From Chrysomallon squamiferum (Eukaryota; Animalia; Mollusca): a stretch of 64,000 nucleotides of DNA. The number at the start of each line of letters is the position of its first letter. The first letter of the stretch is position 1. The stretch lies in contig CM022665.1 of NCBI GenBank assembly GCA_012295275.1, positions 32,116,001-32,180,000 on the forward strand, in the 5' to 3' direction. The position numbers and the translations under genes were made by a program. The notes below the pieces were generated by a model. That model did no database searches. It was not told the origin of the DNA and was given only the letters and a program-made list of their open reading frames with translations. Of this stretch, positions 41,091 through 54,462 are shown one piece after another.

Positions 41091-44000
41091 AAAAATGTAC
41101 AATATTTCATCAGAAACAAAATATTTTGAAATCATTTCCATAAATGTATTCTTAGATCAGTTTTAATTAGTTCATTTGAATTTGCATATAATTGTATATT
41201 TTATTTATTTTTTGTATTTTATTAAATTTGTGACCTATATTATTTATTCTAATTTTAAAAGAAGTTTAAGCTTTTACTTGAATTTGTTGAAAATATTGTA
41301 TGTAACTTAAATTCTACATTTCTTCAACAATATATATTTTTTTAATTTTGTGTATCTGTATATTACAGAATTTTCAATGAAATAATTTTTCTAAATTATG
41401 TCAAATATTTTTATGAATGAAATGTTTAACATTAGAATTGATAATAATTATTTTCCATATCCCTGTATTATTATGTTACGGCTGATTGTCAATAAGTCTG
41501 TAAAGGCTGAGTATACAACAAGCCATTTCTGTGTTGTTACATGCAGATTACTTAAGTTTTGCCATGGACGATGTATGAGAGCACAATTTCAGAGATACTG
41601 ATATTTTTATGTCCTGCTAAAACAGGGCTTCTCATTTGGAGCCCACACAAAATAGCAAACTTGGGGTTCACAGTAGTATTTTACTGGATTATAGAGCAAT
41701 TTCTCTTCAGATTGTTTGTTACAGTGTAACTAGGGAAATTTGTGACAAAATGCTTATGATCAGTATTTTATTGGTACGTCAGTACCTCATTGAATTGTGG
41801 AATTAATAAATATTTAAGTAGTATTTAAAGATGGAAAAGTACTGTCACTGATAAGACCATATCCAGTACTCTGGGAGAAAGCATGTTGTATGTTATTGCT
41901 TTTCCTGCATCTTTCTTTGTTGAATCTGGTTTTATCTGTGTCTTACTATCAAAAGCCATAACATACTCCACGTTGTGAAAAAGGGTCTTGAACTGCATTG
42001 ACCATGCTGGAGCCTCTGAATACTGAAAAACTTTCAGAACAGCATCAACCACAGGGATCTCATTGATTATTGCAATTTTTGAAAATTTGTTAATTGTAAT
42101 ATCATTTTAAAATGGTTTAATGGTTTATTATAAATTATTTTACTAGTGTTCATAAATGTTCCATAAAATTTAGCTGTTAAATAAAAGTTTATTTGCATTA
42201 AATTCATTGTATTTTTAAAATAAAGCAAATATTTTTACAATTTCTATAATACAATTCCTAGTCATATATAATGCTAAATAACTAAATTGGCTCCTTTTTT
42301 TTTTTCCACTTCAAATAGCTATGGCAGTCCACTAAAGTAAATCTGGAGTAAATCTTCCAAAAGTTCACTGTTAGCATAACTGTGGAGTGTTTGATCAGAT
42401 TAATGTAAGTTATAATAAGTGAGACAGTAATAGGCCAAATAATGCTGTTAAACATGTATACATGTGCTAAAATACCAGCTTCAGTGCATATTGTTATTTA
42501 TGTGTATATCCACTGTGATAATACTGCTAGTACCAGTTAACCAATTTCAAAAGTGTTTTATCTTTCTGTATTGCAATACACATAACAAAGTGAATTTGTG
42601 CTAGGTATTACATTAGTATATGAGTTGGTGCATCAGAAGATCATGGATAATCCACAAATATATTTTGATACTATGAAGCAAAATTTTCATTCATCCAAAA
42701 ATATTTATTTCAAGATTTTCTAAAAAAAAAAAAAAAAAAGTATAATTTTTTTTTGTTCTAAACCTACTTGGTTCTTTTATATTGTAACATGAAAAACATT
42801 TCTTTATTTTGATGGGAAATAATTTTTTTGCAGTTAAAAATGTAGTTGAAGTGCATTTTCAACCTAGTTTCTTTTACTTCTGTGTGTTTTGCTTGTTAGT
42901 TTGATACATAATTTTACCTATTTTTAATGTTTGGTATCTTTAGTTACAGTTATTAAAACAATGCTCATTTTCCATATGTTTCATTTCTCCAAAACTAAAT
43001 AAGATAACTGAAATCTGTTGTTTTGGGGTTGTTGTTTTTTTAATTTGGTTTTTTCTTCATTTAGCTACATAATTTTGTCAAATGTGTCCTATATCCATGA
43101 TTTTCCTGTGCATCTTCACATATATATAATTATATATCAAAACTGTATAAAATAATAAATACTACTCTAGATCTCTTGTGTTTACTTGTCATTAACATAC
43201 TGGATATTTTGTTAAACTAAGGTGAATTCAACCATACAATTTTATGTTTCATTGTTATTTTATCACACACACGGAGAGAGGAAATTAGCATGTAGAAACC
43301 ATTGCCCAAAAAAGAAAGTAAAAATAAAAATGTAAGTAGTGAAACAAGACATTTATATATTATACATATCATTACTGAAAAATAAAAATAAAACACTTGT
43401 GCTTTTACATATTTAGAAGGTTCAGGTCATGGTTTGACCAATGCAATAACAGATTATAAATTTTAAACAATAGCTCAACATGATGATTTGCAGTTACGTA
43501 TTTTCATGCCTGTACATAGCACAATAATAAAAAATAACTGCCATGAAATTGCTTATCTACCAAGAAATATAGCAAAAATTCCTGATATAACAAGGAGTAC
43601 TTTATTTGTTTCTTTGTTTATTTAACTTTTTTATGGCAACACAAAATATATTGTCCTGTATAGCATTCTAATGCAATTGCTATTTTATCAGTATAATTTT
43701 TTATTAAAAGGGATTATTTGTAAGAATACAAAATTATTTATGGCACTGGTTACTTAATGTCAACCACAAAATATACTTATAGTATATGTAAATAGGATTT
43801 TAAAGACACCTGAAGGCTGAATCTGGTTAAAATCAGATTAAATACTATACAGATTTATTTCCTTTACTTTATGCAAACGAACTTGGTGACAAAATATTTG
43901 AACAGTTGTAAGGATTTTATTATTTGTTTTCATGCTTTTTTCCTTGATTTGTTTTTTAATTTAATTTTAATTTTTTTTTTTCTGTGAAGTTGAAGAAGGA

Positions 44001-45236
44001 TATTGACAAACCATATTATTGAATTCAATCTTTCTTTATTATATGTTTATGCTGGATGTTTGCAAATTTAGGAATAAGTACTGAACACACACACAAAATG
44101 GTGAGAAAAAATAAATTTTGATCTTTTTTATCAGCTATGGGAACATTTATGTTGACACATATCAAGCATAATATTAATAGAATAAACTAATGGTAATGTT
44201 TAACAACTTACTTTGTTATGGAAGAGTGGAATGACATTTTGAACTGCCTTAAAACATTGACTGATTTGGTCTAAAATGGTTGGTGTAAAGAACTGTTTCT
44301 CAGTGCAGACATCAGTTGAATGTTGAGCATTAACACATCTGTCAAAACGGTTGTGAGCATGTTTTTCATTCAGAATGCCATTCAAGACACCTATGTATAA
44401 CTCATTGAATGACATTGTGATGGTCTTGACCTCGGATTGCATGCAGAATGAACAGTAACCCTGTCTCCTGACTGTTGGGCAGATAAAATATATCAACTTG
44501 GTTTCATTATTCATCATGCTTACTGCTCGAGTTTTATAGGTCTGTTTCTCTGATTCTAGATACCATTTTATGTATAGAAGGGGGTGCTAGGCCAACTGAT
44601 CTCTGGAGATTCCTGAATCTGGTGTTTTGTCAGCAGTTTAAGTGTTTGGCTGGGAATTTCAGTGTCAGATATTGCTGACAACAGAAAGTTGTATTCCAAA
44701 TTCAGTTAACAAATAATGCTACAATTGTTTATGTATTAATGTCAACATGTCATTGTCTTTGTTTAAACACTATCATTTGAAAGGACTTGTAATTATTACA
44801 TTAATTGTTACCAAGAGTATGGGAAACTTTATTTCACAATGATACACTAATAGGAAAACAATCTCAGGGAAAATTTCATGAATTCCTGAGTGAATCAGAC
44901 GTTAAACACAATACCTGAAAGTTTCAGTGATTATACATACTTCCTGGTTTTGCATATTCCCTGTAACATACACACTATTTTATTTTATTTTTTCTAACAA
45001 TATATTATTTGTTTTTTGTCCACCATCTTATACAAGCTACTGTCATTTAAAATAATTTAATACTGCTAACAGTAATAATTAAAAAAAAAAATTAAAAACA
45101 TAATAAAAACTTCGTTTTTCTACAGGATAAAGCATATGTGGTTGTCAACCATCCACCAATAATGCAAATGGTACGTCTACATGCAGGAATTGTCAAGCAA
45201 ACAATTTTTTATTTTGCATAATATTTCATTAACAAA

Positions 45237-45268
<32 letters not shown>

Positions 45269-45359
45269 GTAATTATTTTTAAGACAAAATCAACTTGGCA
45301 TGGCATTATCGAAAATGTTTTAGTATTAAGTTGGTACCTTTGATATTATCAGCTTGTTA

Positions 45360-45960
45360 CAATTAATTATCAGATGACGTATTAGCATGTACACTGCCAA
45401 ATGCCCGCTCATATGCTGAATGTGTGACGAAACCAGACACTTTCTGCTTCTTCGCTATGAAAATTTGTTACGTCAGACAATTGGGCAAGCATTCGGGTTT
45501 TGAGGGATGGTGGGAAAAGTAAGTACAATAGGGCTTGTACGAATTGCAGGTGCGCCTACGTCAATCTTCAGGTGCTCATTGCTAAATTTAGTAACGAGCT
45601 ATCACGTGATTGGTTTTCGGACACACAGTGCAGAGGTGGGGGCCCGAAGGGGCGGTGGACCCGGGGATTCAAATGCGGGGAGCATCCAATCAGAGAAAAG
45701 AACTTAATAAATTTAGTTGATTCATATTTAAATAGAATAAAGTGTTTATTTTATGTTTTATCTGTGTTTACATCTTCCAAATATCTTCCTTTCTCATAAT
45801 ATTTTTCAGTACCAAGCCTTATACTTGAGTCTCTGGGACATACAGTCAAGGACTTGGTCCCAGGCATCAACAGACCTCTGCACGCCACTGCCTGGCACAC
45901 ACGATTATTTTATTTGCAACTTTTCGCGATAAATGGAAAGTAAACTCGATGAATCAAAGA
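45360..45960. promoter_or_regulatory. CpG-retaining promoter-like region interrupted by a MITE
   Basis: CRE-like TGACGTA motifs at 45375, 45468 and 45557; ATCACGTGATTGG (E-box plus CCAAT) 45601-45613; TTTTCGCG 45921. It marks the right edge of the CpG-depleted domain. Confidence 0.35.
45626..45890. mobile_element. MITE (CAGTGGCGTGCAGAGG-type termini)
   Basis: Right end CCTCTGCACGCCACTG; left end CAGTGCAGAGG, the same TIR with a small deletion; GC-rich subterminal arms around an AT-rich core. Confidence 0.55.
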
Positions 45961-46429
45961 AAAGTATGCTCTACTATTCAGGTTTCATAGACACATCTCG
46001 TTTTATTTAATTATTATTATTTTAAAGTAGCATCCTGTGACGTTTTAACCACATTAAAATACAATAATGTATCTCTAAATAATTTTAAAATGCATCTAAA
46101 GTTCAAACGTAAATTATGTAAAATAATAATAATAAATAACAAAAATAATAATAATAATAATAATAATAAAATAAAATTATAATAATAATAATAATAAATA
46201 AACAAAATTAATTCAATAAGAGCAAAAATGGAAAATCCGCCGCTCTTTAAACTAAAAAAATATATAACAAAAGCAAACGGATGTGGAAAACTGCTAATTC
46301 ATTAATGTTGAAACTACGTAATTTTTTAAAAAAATTTTTTCCCTCAAAGTTTCAGGTCTTAAATTATCTGAAAATATTTGTGGCAAGTTATTCTATAGGC
46401 ACAGTGTTTGTCCGAATCTTGCACCTTCA

Positions 46430-46606
46430 GGCGTATGGGCGGAGCTGCTGATTGCATTGCCATCTATAAATAGTGGCAGTCCCGCTTTATGTCAGTTAAA
46501 ATACAATAAAAACATTAAAAACATACAAATATGTATATACAAAAAAATATTTACATCGACCTCCATCTCTTATAACTCAACCTGCAGGAGAGATGTCATG
46601 TTTAAG
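46430..46606 (+). promoter_or_regulatory. TATA + Initiator core promoter with a first exon ending at a splice donor
   Basis: GGGCGG at about 46437, TATAAATA 46465-46472, Inr TCAGTT with A at 46494 (TATA at -29), donor AAG|GTAAAT at 46606. Confidence 0.55.
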
Positions 46607-47418
46607 GTAAATTAAATAATTTTATTTATATTATTTATTATTGTTTACAAATTAAAACTAAAATATTCTGGTTGGAATGAATAACCGAATATTTAATCCA
46701 TTTAACCCTTTTCCGTTCCAAGCTTGATCAAATTTGTTGTATTACTTTATCTACCTGCTGTAAACTGACTTTTCCTGTTAAAGGAGTATAATTTTCCTTT
46801 CTCGTCACGCTCTTATCTTACAGGAATTAGCTGGATATATATATTTTTTATTATTATTATTATTTATTTTTTTTGCTGTATTTCGCCTTTTAAGTTGTGG
46901 ATCACACGCCAAAGTAGCACTCATTATTCTTTAAAAGATATGACTAAAAATAATATATTTCTTTTAAGATTTAGCGATAATTATATTCTTTCGTGAGTTA
47001 TTTATACAACTTTTATTGTGTTTCTTGTCATTTTAAATATTTTTGAGGCAAAAACCGGAATACGTCCCGGTATTGGAACCAATTAATGACATAGAGTGAG
47101 GTATGCCTGTGCTAAGGTTTGGTGCTTGTAATAAATAACAATCTTAGAAAACTCGTTATAACGCCAGAATCTATTTAGCACCAATATCGGCGTTTTCAAA
47201 GGCTTGACTGTATTTATATTTATCTCCAGATGTCTGCATATGATCTATAGGCTGTTCTCAATGGTTCGGTTACATATTTGGGTAACTGCCAGCAAAAACT
47301 CCAACGAGAACAATGTTTTCCTGACGTAAAGTACTATCGCAGATCAGGTGACATTGTTTTAAGCATAATATGTCCAAAAATAATCCACCTTTATAGTTAA
47401 TATATTGCTGACATTATA

Positions 47419-47470
47419 TATAATAACAACAACAACAACAATAATAATAATAACAACAACAATAATAATG

Positions 47471-47516
<46 letters not shown>
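47419..47516. repeat. Compound (AAC)n/(AAT)n microsatellite
   Basis: Seen directly in the sequence. Confidence 0.95.
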
Positions 47517-47518
<2 letters not shown>

Positions 47519-48394
47519 TGCTATACATCTGCTATTCATTACTTAAAATATTAAAATGTGGTTTTTCGAATAAGTAACAATGAAAATTAAAAATAATATT
47601 TTCTTATATTCTTTGTCTTCTTTACTTACATATATCGGAAGAAACATAAAGAAGAAAATTAGTACTACGAATAAATCAAATCTTGATTTCTGAAAAGTAT
47701 AGACGTTACCTTTATCAGACATAGCAGTTAACACCAATATCAGCACAAAAAATCATTGATCGAAAGAAACCTAGTTAAAATTTGTATTTGTATTGATTTT
47801 AATGTTATAATTTTTATTATTTATTTATTAATATATTGCTGTTTTCTTAAATACATTATTATTATTATGTATTATTATAATATTTGTAATGAATGCATTT
47901 AAAACAAAATTCGGCTAAATCTTTTATCGATTAGCAACAAAGGATCTTTCAAGATTTATATACATAATTAAGACAGCACGTTAATCAGATCATTCTAAAT
48001 ATTGTCACTGTTTTGCGACTTAAACTATAATATGTTTAACACTACATTTCAGTAGTGAAACCAGTATTTTAATTTTCATTAGTTGACAGTGTAACTAAGT
48101 TATTTACTGACATTATTAATAATGACGATGATGATGATAATAATAATAATAATATTATAAACAGAATAAATAAATAAAAATTCAAAACAAAATAGGTTCA
48201 AAATCTCAAAGTATACGGTTATCTATTTTATCCTTTTTAGTGCAAAATATATTTATATATTTTCCTGCAGTCACTGTACGTAGTAACAAGATATGATAAC
48301 TAGATGAATTTCTATATTTTCAGGCACTGACCAAAAGTACAGCTTTTTGGTACGGAACTATATTCCCTTTGATAAGTTACTTGTCTCTCTCTCA

Positions 48395-48396
<2 letters not shown>

Positions 48397-48438
<42 letters not shown>
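48397..48438. repeat. (CA)n microsatellite
   Basis: Seen directly in the sequence. Confidence 0.95.
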
Positions 48439-48442
<4 letters not shown>

Positions 48443-50189
48443 AAAATTACTTCTTTACTGTTTAATTGCTGGTATACATCTTAACAAATAAATTGTTGTT
48501 ACTTGAGAATTTGTTTTTCCCCTATACACGTGAATCTACTACTCTCGTAAATAAAACAGATAACTGCATTTAATTATTGTTTTATTTAGGATTGCAAGAT
48601 AAAATAAATAAATGGTTACTCTCTTAATATATCAAGAGCCTCGCTGCAGATCATAATTCTAACCTTCGCAGGATAAATCTGATATCTTAAGATAGCAACT
48701 AGTTCCTAGATATGAATAACGGAGAAATGACAAAATAACAGTTTGCGTGCTTCTTCAATAACACTTTTTTTTCTTCTTCTTCTTCTTCTTTATTATTGTT
48801 GTAGTTGCTGTGTACGAAAATATTCAACATCTAAACCTCTTACCATATGGTTAATACAGAATTAAAATTAAAGACAGTTGTATCACTGTAGGTATAATAC
48901 AAAACCTTTCTCAGAACAGTAAAAACATTCGTTTCAAGTTTTTCATATTTACTCTGAGCTTTCTTCGTGGAACCCAGAGACAAAGGAAACTGGGCGGCTC
49001 CGGTAAACACCTACCAAACATAAAATACACAAAAATGATTTCCAGGTTGAATTTAAATAGTGACTATCGCAAAAGCCTGTATAAGAATAATATAATAAAA
49101 GAAATGGATACTGATTGAACTATTGTTTTTCGAATCACACACACAGAATCACGATAGATGGAGAACATTTTTTACTCTGTTTTATCAAAACGTCTTCTCT
49201 GATAAGCAGCAATTTTAATACTCAGTACTGTCTTTTTATTTGTACTGAGTTCTAAAGTTATGGTTAATTAAATTAGAAAAAATGTCTTTGTTACTGTTAA
49301 TTTCTGCGCGAGGACACACATAAACACGTGACAGTATAGTAATGCATTCATACCTACATCCATACCAAATGGATTTTTGTAACAGGATTTCTTTTTGTTC
49401 CCTAAATATCTCTTTAATTTACAAATGAAACATAATCATATACGCATTTGTATTTTTATTTTTTATAAAGCAATTAATGAGACAAATTATACAAAACCTT
49501 AATGGTAACTGCATAATAATTACTGTTTTGAAACTACGCTACTTTGATATGCTGCCTTATGGTGATTTCAGTTATCTTTCAACGACTTATTTCAAATAAT
49601 TTTATATAGCTAATTGTCTTTATTTTTGTTTTCTTTCTTTCTCCTTTTTTTTTTTTTTTTTTTTCTTTCTTTTTAAAGACAATTCTTTTATTTTACTGTT
49701 TATTTAACTCTTTTTCCATGGCTTCAGGATATAAATACGCCAGATTCGCTAATCCTCTGCATGTAACAACCAATATTGTACAGATTCTGTCCTTAACATC
49801 TGGAAGCTGTTTCCCGACGCCAAGCGCACGCGTAAAATATGTTAATCGGTTTCCTATCATTGTTTTATCGGTGTCAAATAAAATTTTATGCTAAAATTCT
49901 TTCGTGACGGTATATTTTATATCGTGACCAAATCATTAGATAATCGTTCATTTACTAATTTACATTAACTTGGATACTAAACTTTTAAAGTGTTGATAAA
50001 TCAGTTTTAGAATTATAATGAATCATACAAGTTTACTAGTTCAGAAATAACTTATATGCCTCATCTGTCTGATAGACTTCATGTGGTGGGCGTAAATGTT
50101 TCGTAAGTGCAGAAGACAGTTGGGTTAGACGTCTAGCTCCGGGAAAACTAAGTTTGCGCCTGTCTGGAGTAATTCATACAAAACTGGAG

Positions 50190-51758
50190 ATGTCTGTGTG
50201 GAAGTATATGTGGATTTTTATCTTCATATTGTGTTATATAAAATATAGCATCCAACAGAATGCTGACAATGACGATACTGATGATTATGATGATGATTAT
50301 GAGGATTACGATTACGACGACTACGGAGATTACAATTATGAAGACTACGATTCTGTAACTACGCCGACACCAAGGCCAACACCACCTAAAAGAAATACCT
50401 ATCCTCCTCGACACACGTATCCTCCCAGGCTAACAAATCTCCCGAGACCAGACGATGGGATCAGTAGATCGTTTCCTTCCAGGCCAAGATTTCCTTCAGA
50501 CCCACGTAGACCAGAGTATTCTTCACGCCAGACGCATCCACCCAGACAAACGTACCCTCCACGGCAGACGTATCCACCCAGACAAACGAACCCACCTAGT
50601 CAGACATATCCACCTAGACAAACGTATCCATCAAGGACAACACCTTCTCCTAGAACTAGCCCGCCAAGATTAACATCTGAGGCAGACAGATCAAATCTCG
50701 ATACTTGTGGATGTCCACGCAACGTTCAGTCCACCATTGACAATCTGAAAAAGGACATGAAGACATCTGCTAATGAAGCGGAAGAACTAAGAACGAGAGT
50801 AGAGGTTGCTGAAGCAACAATGGCAGAACTTAAAGAACTTGTCCTCAAACTGGAAGGAGAATCGCAACAGTGGAAAGCCAGTTTGAAATTCCCTGGTCTC
50901 GTCCCTATTAAGTCACCAACAAATATCATTATCAGCGATGAAGCCAGTTCCACCACCGAAACGTATAAAGGTAACTTATTATTAATGGTAAAATTGTTTT
51001 AAAAAATAAATGAAAGTAAATTATAATTGAAATCATGCATTTCCTTGTGCTTTTGTATCTTTCGGTGAAAAACAAAACAAAGCAAAACAAAAATAAATAA
51101 ATAAATTAATTAATAAATTAATTAAAGAAAACTAATCACGAATACTGTCTGACAGAAACAGTATTAGAACGTTAGAGGACATATTGGTTCAGTAACACTG
51201 TAATAAAATTGTATTAATAAAATCAACACACATCACGCACACAAACATATATAAATAAAAGATAAACATTCCACCTAACCGAAATCGTAAATTACAACTA
51301 AAAAAACAAAAAAAAAAAAAATAATAATAATAATAATAATAATAAAAACCAAACAAATCATTCTAAATGCATTCGTAAGCAAAGATTTTTATTGTGATTT
51401 TTAATATATTATAATGCAGTAAAATATATGCAAGATCAGCTTTATCTACAACTGCCTTTTACAAATATCATACGCTTTTTCTGTATAACACCAAGGTAAA
51501 TTAATGGGTTACGGTTAAATGTGGAACCCATATGTCTGAACATATTGTTTGACATGGGGGAAAAAGAATTTCTGTACATATTATTTATACAGTGAGCTTA
51601 TATTATTTCAGAAAATAAATAGGTGCATTTATTTAAATTCTGAAACATTTCTTGGATTTAAAAATTTTAGCTGATGCTAAATAATTTTGGTAATCTGCTA
51701 GGCCTGATTATCACAATATTAATAAATGCTTAAATATACTGCCCCCACCCCAAAAAAA

Positions 51759-51789
<31 letters not shown>

Positions 51790-53815
51790 CAGGGATCATT
51801 AAATATTTGTTTACAGTGACAAGACAATGAACATGAATCATCAAGTAGAGAACAAAATTAGTTTACAGACCAAAATGTAAAAAAGTCAGTTTCTGGTCAT
51901 TATAATGTCATACAAAGCAACCAACCAAATATTTCTTATTCGTCTGTGAACGCTATCCATCAAAACAATACCAACGCATGATTCCTAAATGTTTTTATTT
52001 ATAAACAGAAAACAAATATAGCTATGAAAAACACCTACACCACATGTTATCGTGTGCACAAAGATGTTCATACGCAGGCATATTACCGGTGAAAACTTAG
52101 AATAGGTCACATGTACATTTGTACTTTTATTTAAGGTAAAGAAACACGTGTTCAGGTAGGGTGTTATATATTGTATTGCAAGAAACTATGAGTGGATGTT
52201 GAACAATTAGTCTGCTTTCTCGTAACACGTTGAGTGATTTACAGAAAAAATAAAATAAAATAAAATAAAATAAAAGTAAGAAAGAGATAAAACGAAATAA
52301 GAACAAAGAACGGAAATAAACTCCCAGCTGATTAAATCTTTTGTCTTAAATGCCATGTGCGTGCTAAATGTTGTCAAATTTAATATTATTGTTACACATA
52401 CAGTGTAATATTTAACGTAATATCGCCTCCCACATTAATCTCCTGATACGAAAGAAAGCTAAGCCAGATTGAAAGTGGTTACTTTATTAAAAATGATAGT
52501 AATAATAAAGCGTTGTTGGCGTTCAGGTCAAGCTCGACTTTGGCATCCTTATATATATATATATATATATATATCACAATGATAAAAAAAAAAAATGAAA
52601 ATGTAGGAATAGAGAGTTTATTACAATATACAAATTAAAGAAAACAGTTCAAACAGCAAGTTTACAATCCTTTCATTAATGTAACAGGGAGAGAGAGACA
52701 TTATCTACATTAATGGTAATAAAATGTATACATTGTTACAAACACAATGGAAGAGGGTGAGAAAAAGTCCGAACTGTGCAGAATAGTGTAAACCACAGAG
52801 GGTGTTGCAAACTGGCATAAGTTTTTGGGATAGATTGCTACCTTCTGACATATCGATACATTTGTATAATAGTTTATGAATGTAAACACATTACTGATTC
52901 GTAGTACAAAAGATAAGAATGTGAATTAATAATTTAATAGGAAAATGTCAAAAAAGAATTAAAAGCAACCACAAAATTGTGGCATTCAAATCGGTACAGA
53001 ATCTGAACAAACTGACAAGCATACTATATTCTGTTAACTTCATGACAATAAATTTTTCCTTTTGCATTTGGAAAATCCCTACCACGACGTAGCGCCTTCA
53101 TTCGGTCCTGCCTCTTATTTAAATTATTTTCGTTTCTGTTGATATTTGTACCAGTTCATATTTGTATTTGTGTTTCTGTGTGTACGTTCATGCATTGAAT
53201 GTTAGCTACAAAAAGTAATGAAATAAATAAACTGATATTTTATTACATTACGATACCATTTTATTAGCGTTTCCAAAGTAGGCCAACTTAAGATACGTAC
53301 TGTGCAGTTACCGTGTTGCTGTCAACATAACATCATTGCGTGCGAGATTTTAATAATTTATTGTACAGTTAAGATGTTTTTTTTTTTTGTTTTTTTTTCC
53401 TTGTTGGTACTGTTGTTGTTTAGACTGCCAGGAAGCAAAAGAAAATGGCCAAAATCTACCAGGTGTCTACAATCTACAACCAAAGGACTCCGCTTACAAT
53501 ATCCTGGCTTTCTGTCAGGATGGCTGGACTTTCATACAAAGACGATTCGACGGAAGCACGGACTTTAACAGGTTGATATTTCTAAATACAATCTTTTGTA
53601 ATGCTTATTTTTTATTGGTAAATATTAAGTTTGCAAAAAACTAGCTATACAGCAAACTGAATTCAGTGAAGATTAAAAATTGTATCTATTATCTATATTA
53701 TCATCATCATTATTATTAATTTATAACAGGCATATGGTGTTCATATTCCTATTTTATTGTTGCTTTTTAAAGATTTTTTCCACTAATTGTACTGATATTA
53801 ATATAGCTAAATAAC

Positions 53816-53871
<56 letters not shown>

Positions 53872-54462
53872 AATAAATAAATAAATAAATATATAAAAGT
53901 ATAATTTTAGTTTTAATATCCTTCATTTTTTTTTTTTTTTTTTTTTTTCAGAGATTTTATTGAATTCGAAATTGGTTTTGGCAACTTTTCCGGCGAATTC
54001 TGGCTAGGATTAGAAAATATACACATTCTGACCTCCCAGCAGCCGTACACTTTAAGAATTGACATGGAGAGCCAGTCAGGAAAGTTCTACTATGCGGTTT
54101 ATTCAAACTTCTCTGTTACAGACGAATATACTGATTACAAGCTTCAGTACGACAACAAAACTGCTGGAAATACGGGCGACGGTCTCAGATACAACAAGAA
54201 CCGCGGATTCACAGCACGAAATCGAGACAGAGACACATGGCGTACCGGAAACTGCGCAAGACACTACAAAAGTGGCTTCTGGCTAGACCGATGTGGTTCT
54301 GATTTGAATAGAAATCCTGCAAAAGGAAGTTACGGAGGTACACGATGGGACGGACGGATTGTGAAAAGCTCACTGATGAAAATTAAGCCTTCTTATGCTG
54401 TTACCGAAGATGACCTGCGATTGGTTCCTAAAAAAGAGAGCAGATATAACAGATTCGGATAA
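50190..54462 (+). CDS. Secreted fibrinogen-related (FReD/FBG-domain) protein, 479 aa; exons 50190-50970, 53424-53571, 53952-54462
   Basis: Phases 1 and 2 match across the GT-AG introns; total 1440 nt. Signal-peptide-like MSVWKYMWIFIFILCYIKYS, then Asp/Tyr tract, PPRQTY repeats, CGC and a heptad region (IDNLKKDMKTSANEAEELRTRVEVAEATMAELKELVLKLE). FBG motifs: DCQE..GVYNLQP, GWTFIQRRFDGSTDFNR, GFGNFSGEFWLGLENIHILT, LRIDM, NCA..YKSGFW, MKIKP. Confidence 0.93.
53817..53892. repeat. (AAT)n/(AAAT)n microsatellite in FReD intron 2
   Basis: Seen directly in the sequence. Confidence 0.95.

Noticed and set aside
45126-45170. Plus-strand 45-nt exon-like segment (DKAYVVVNHPPIMQM)
   Set aside because: Good AG/GT sites, but no partner exons could be linked; likely chance.
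45500-45799. 99-aa GC-rich ORF
   Set aside because: It spans the MITE left arm and has a non-ATG start.
50154-50189. ORF-track start of the FReD at TTG
   Set aside because: A eukaryotic gene would use ATG 50190, which directly begins a signal-peptide-like sequence.
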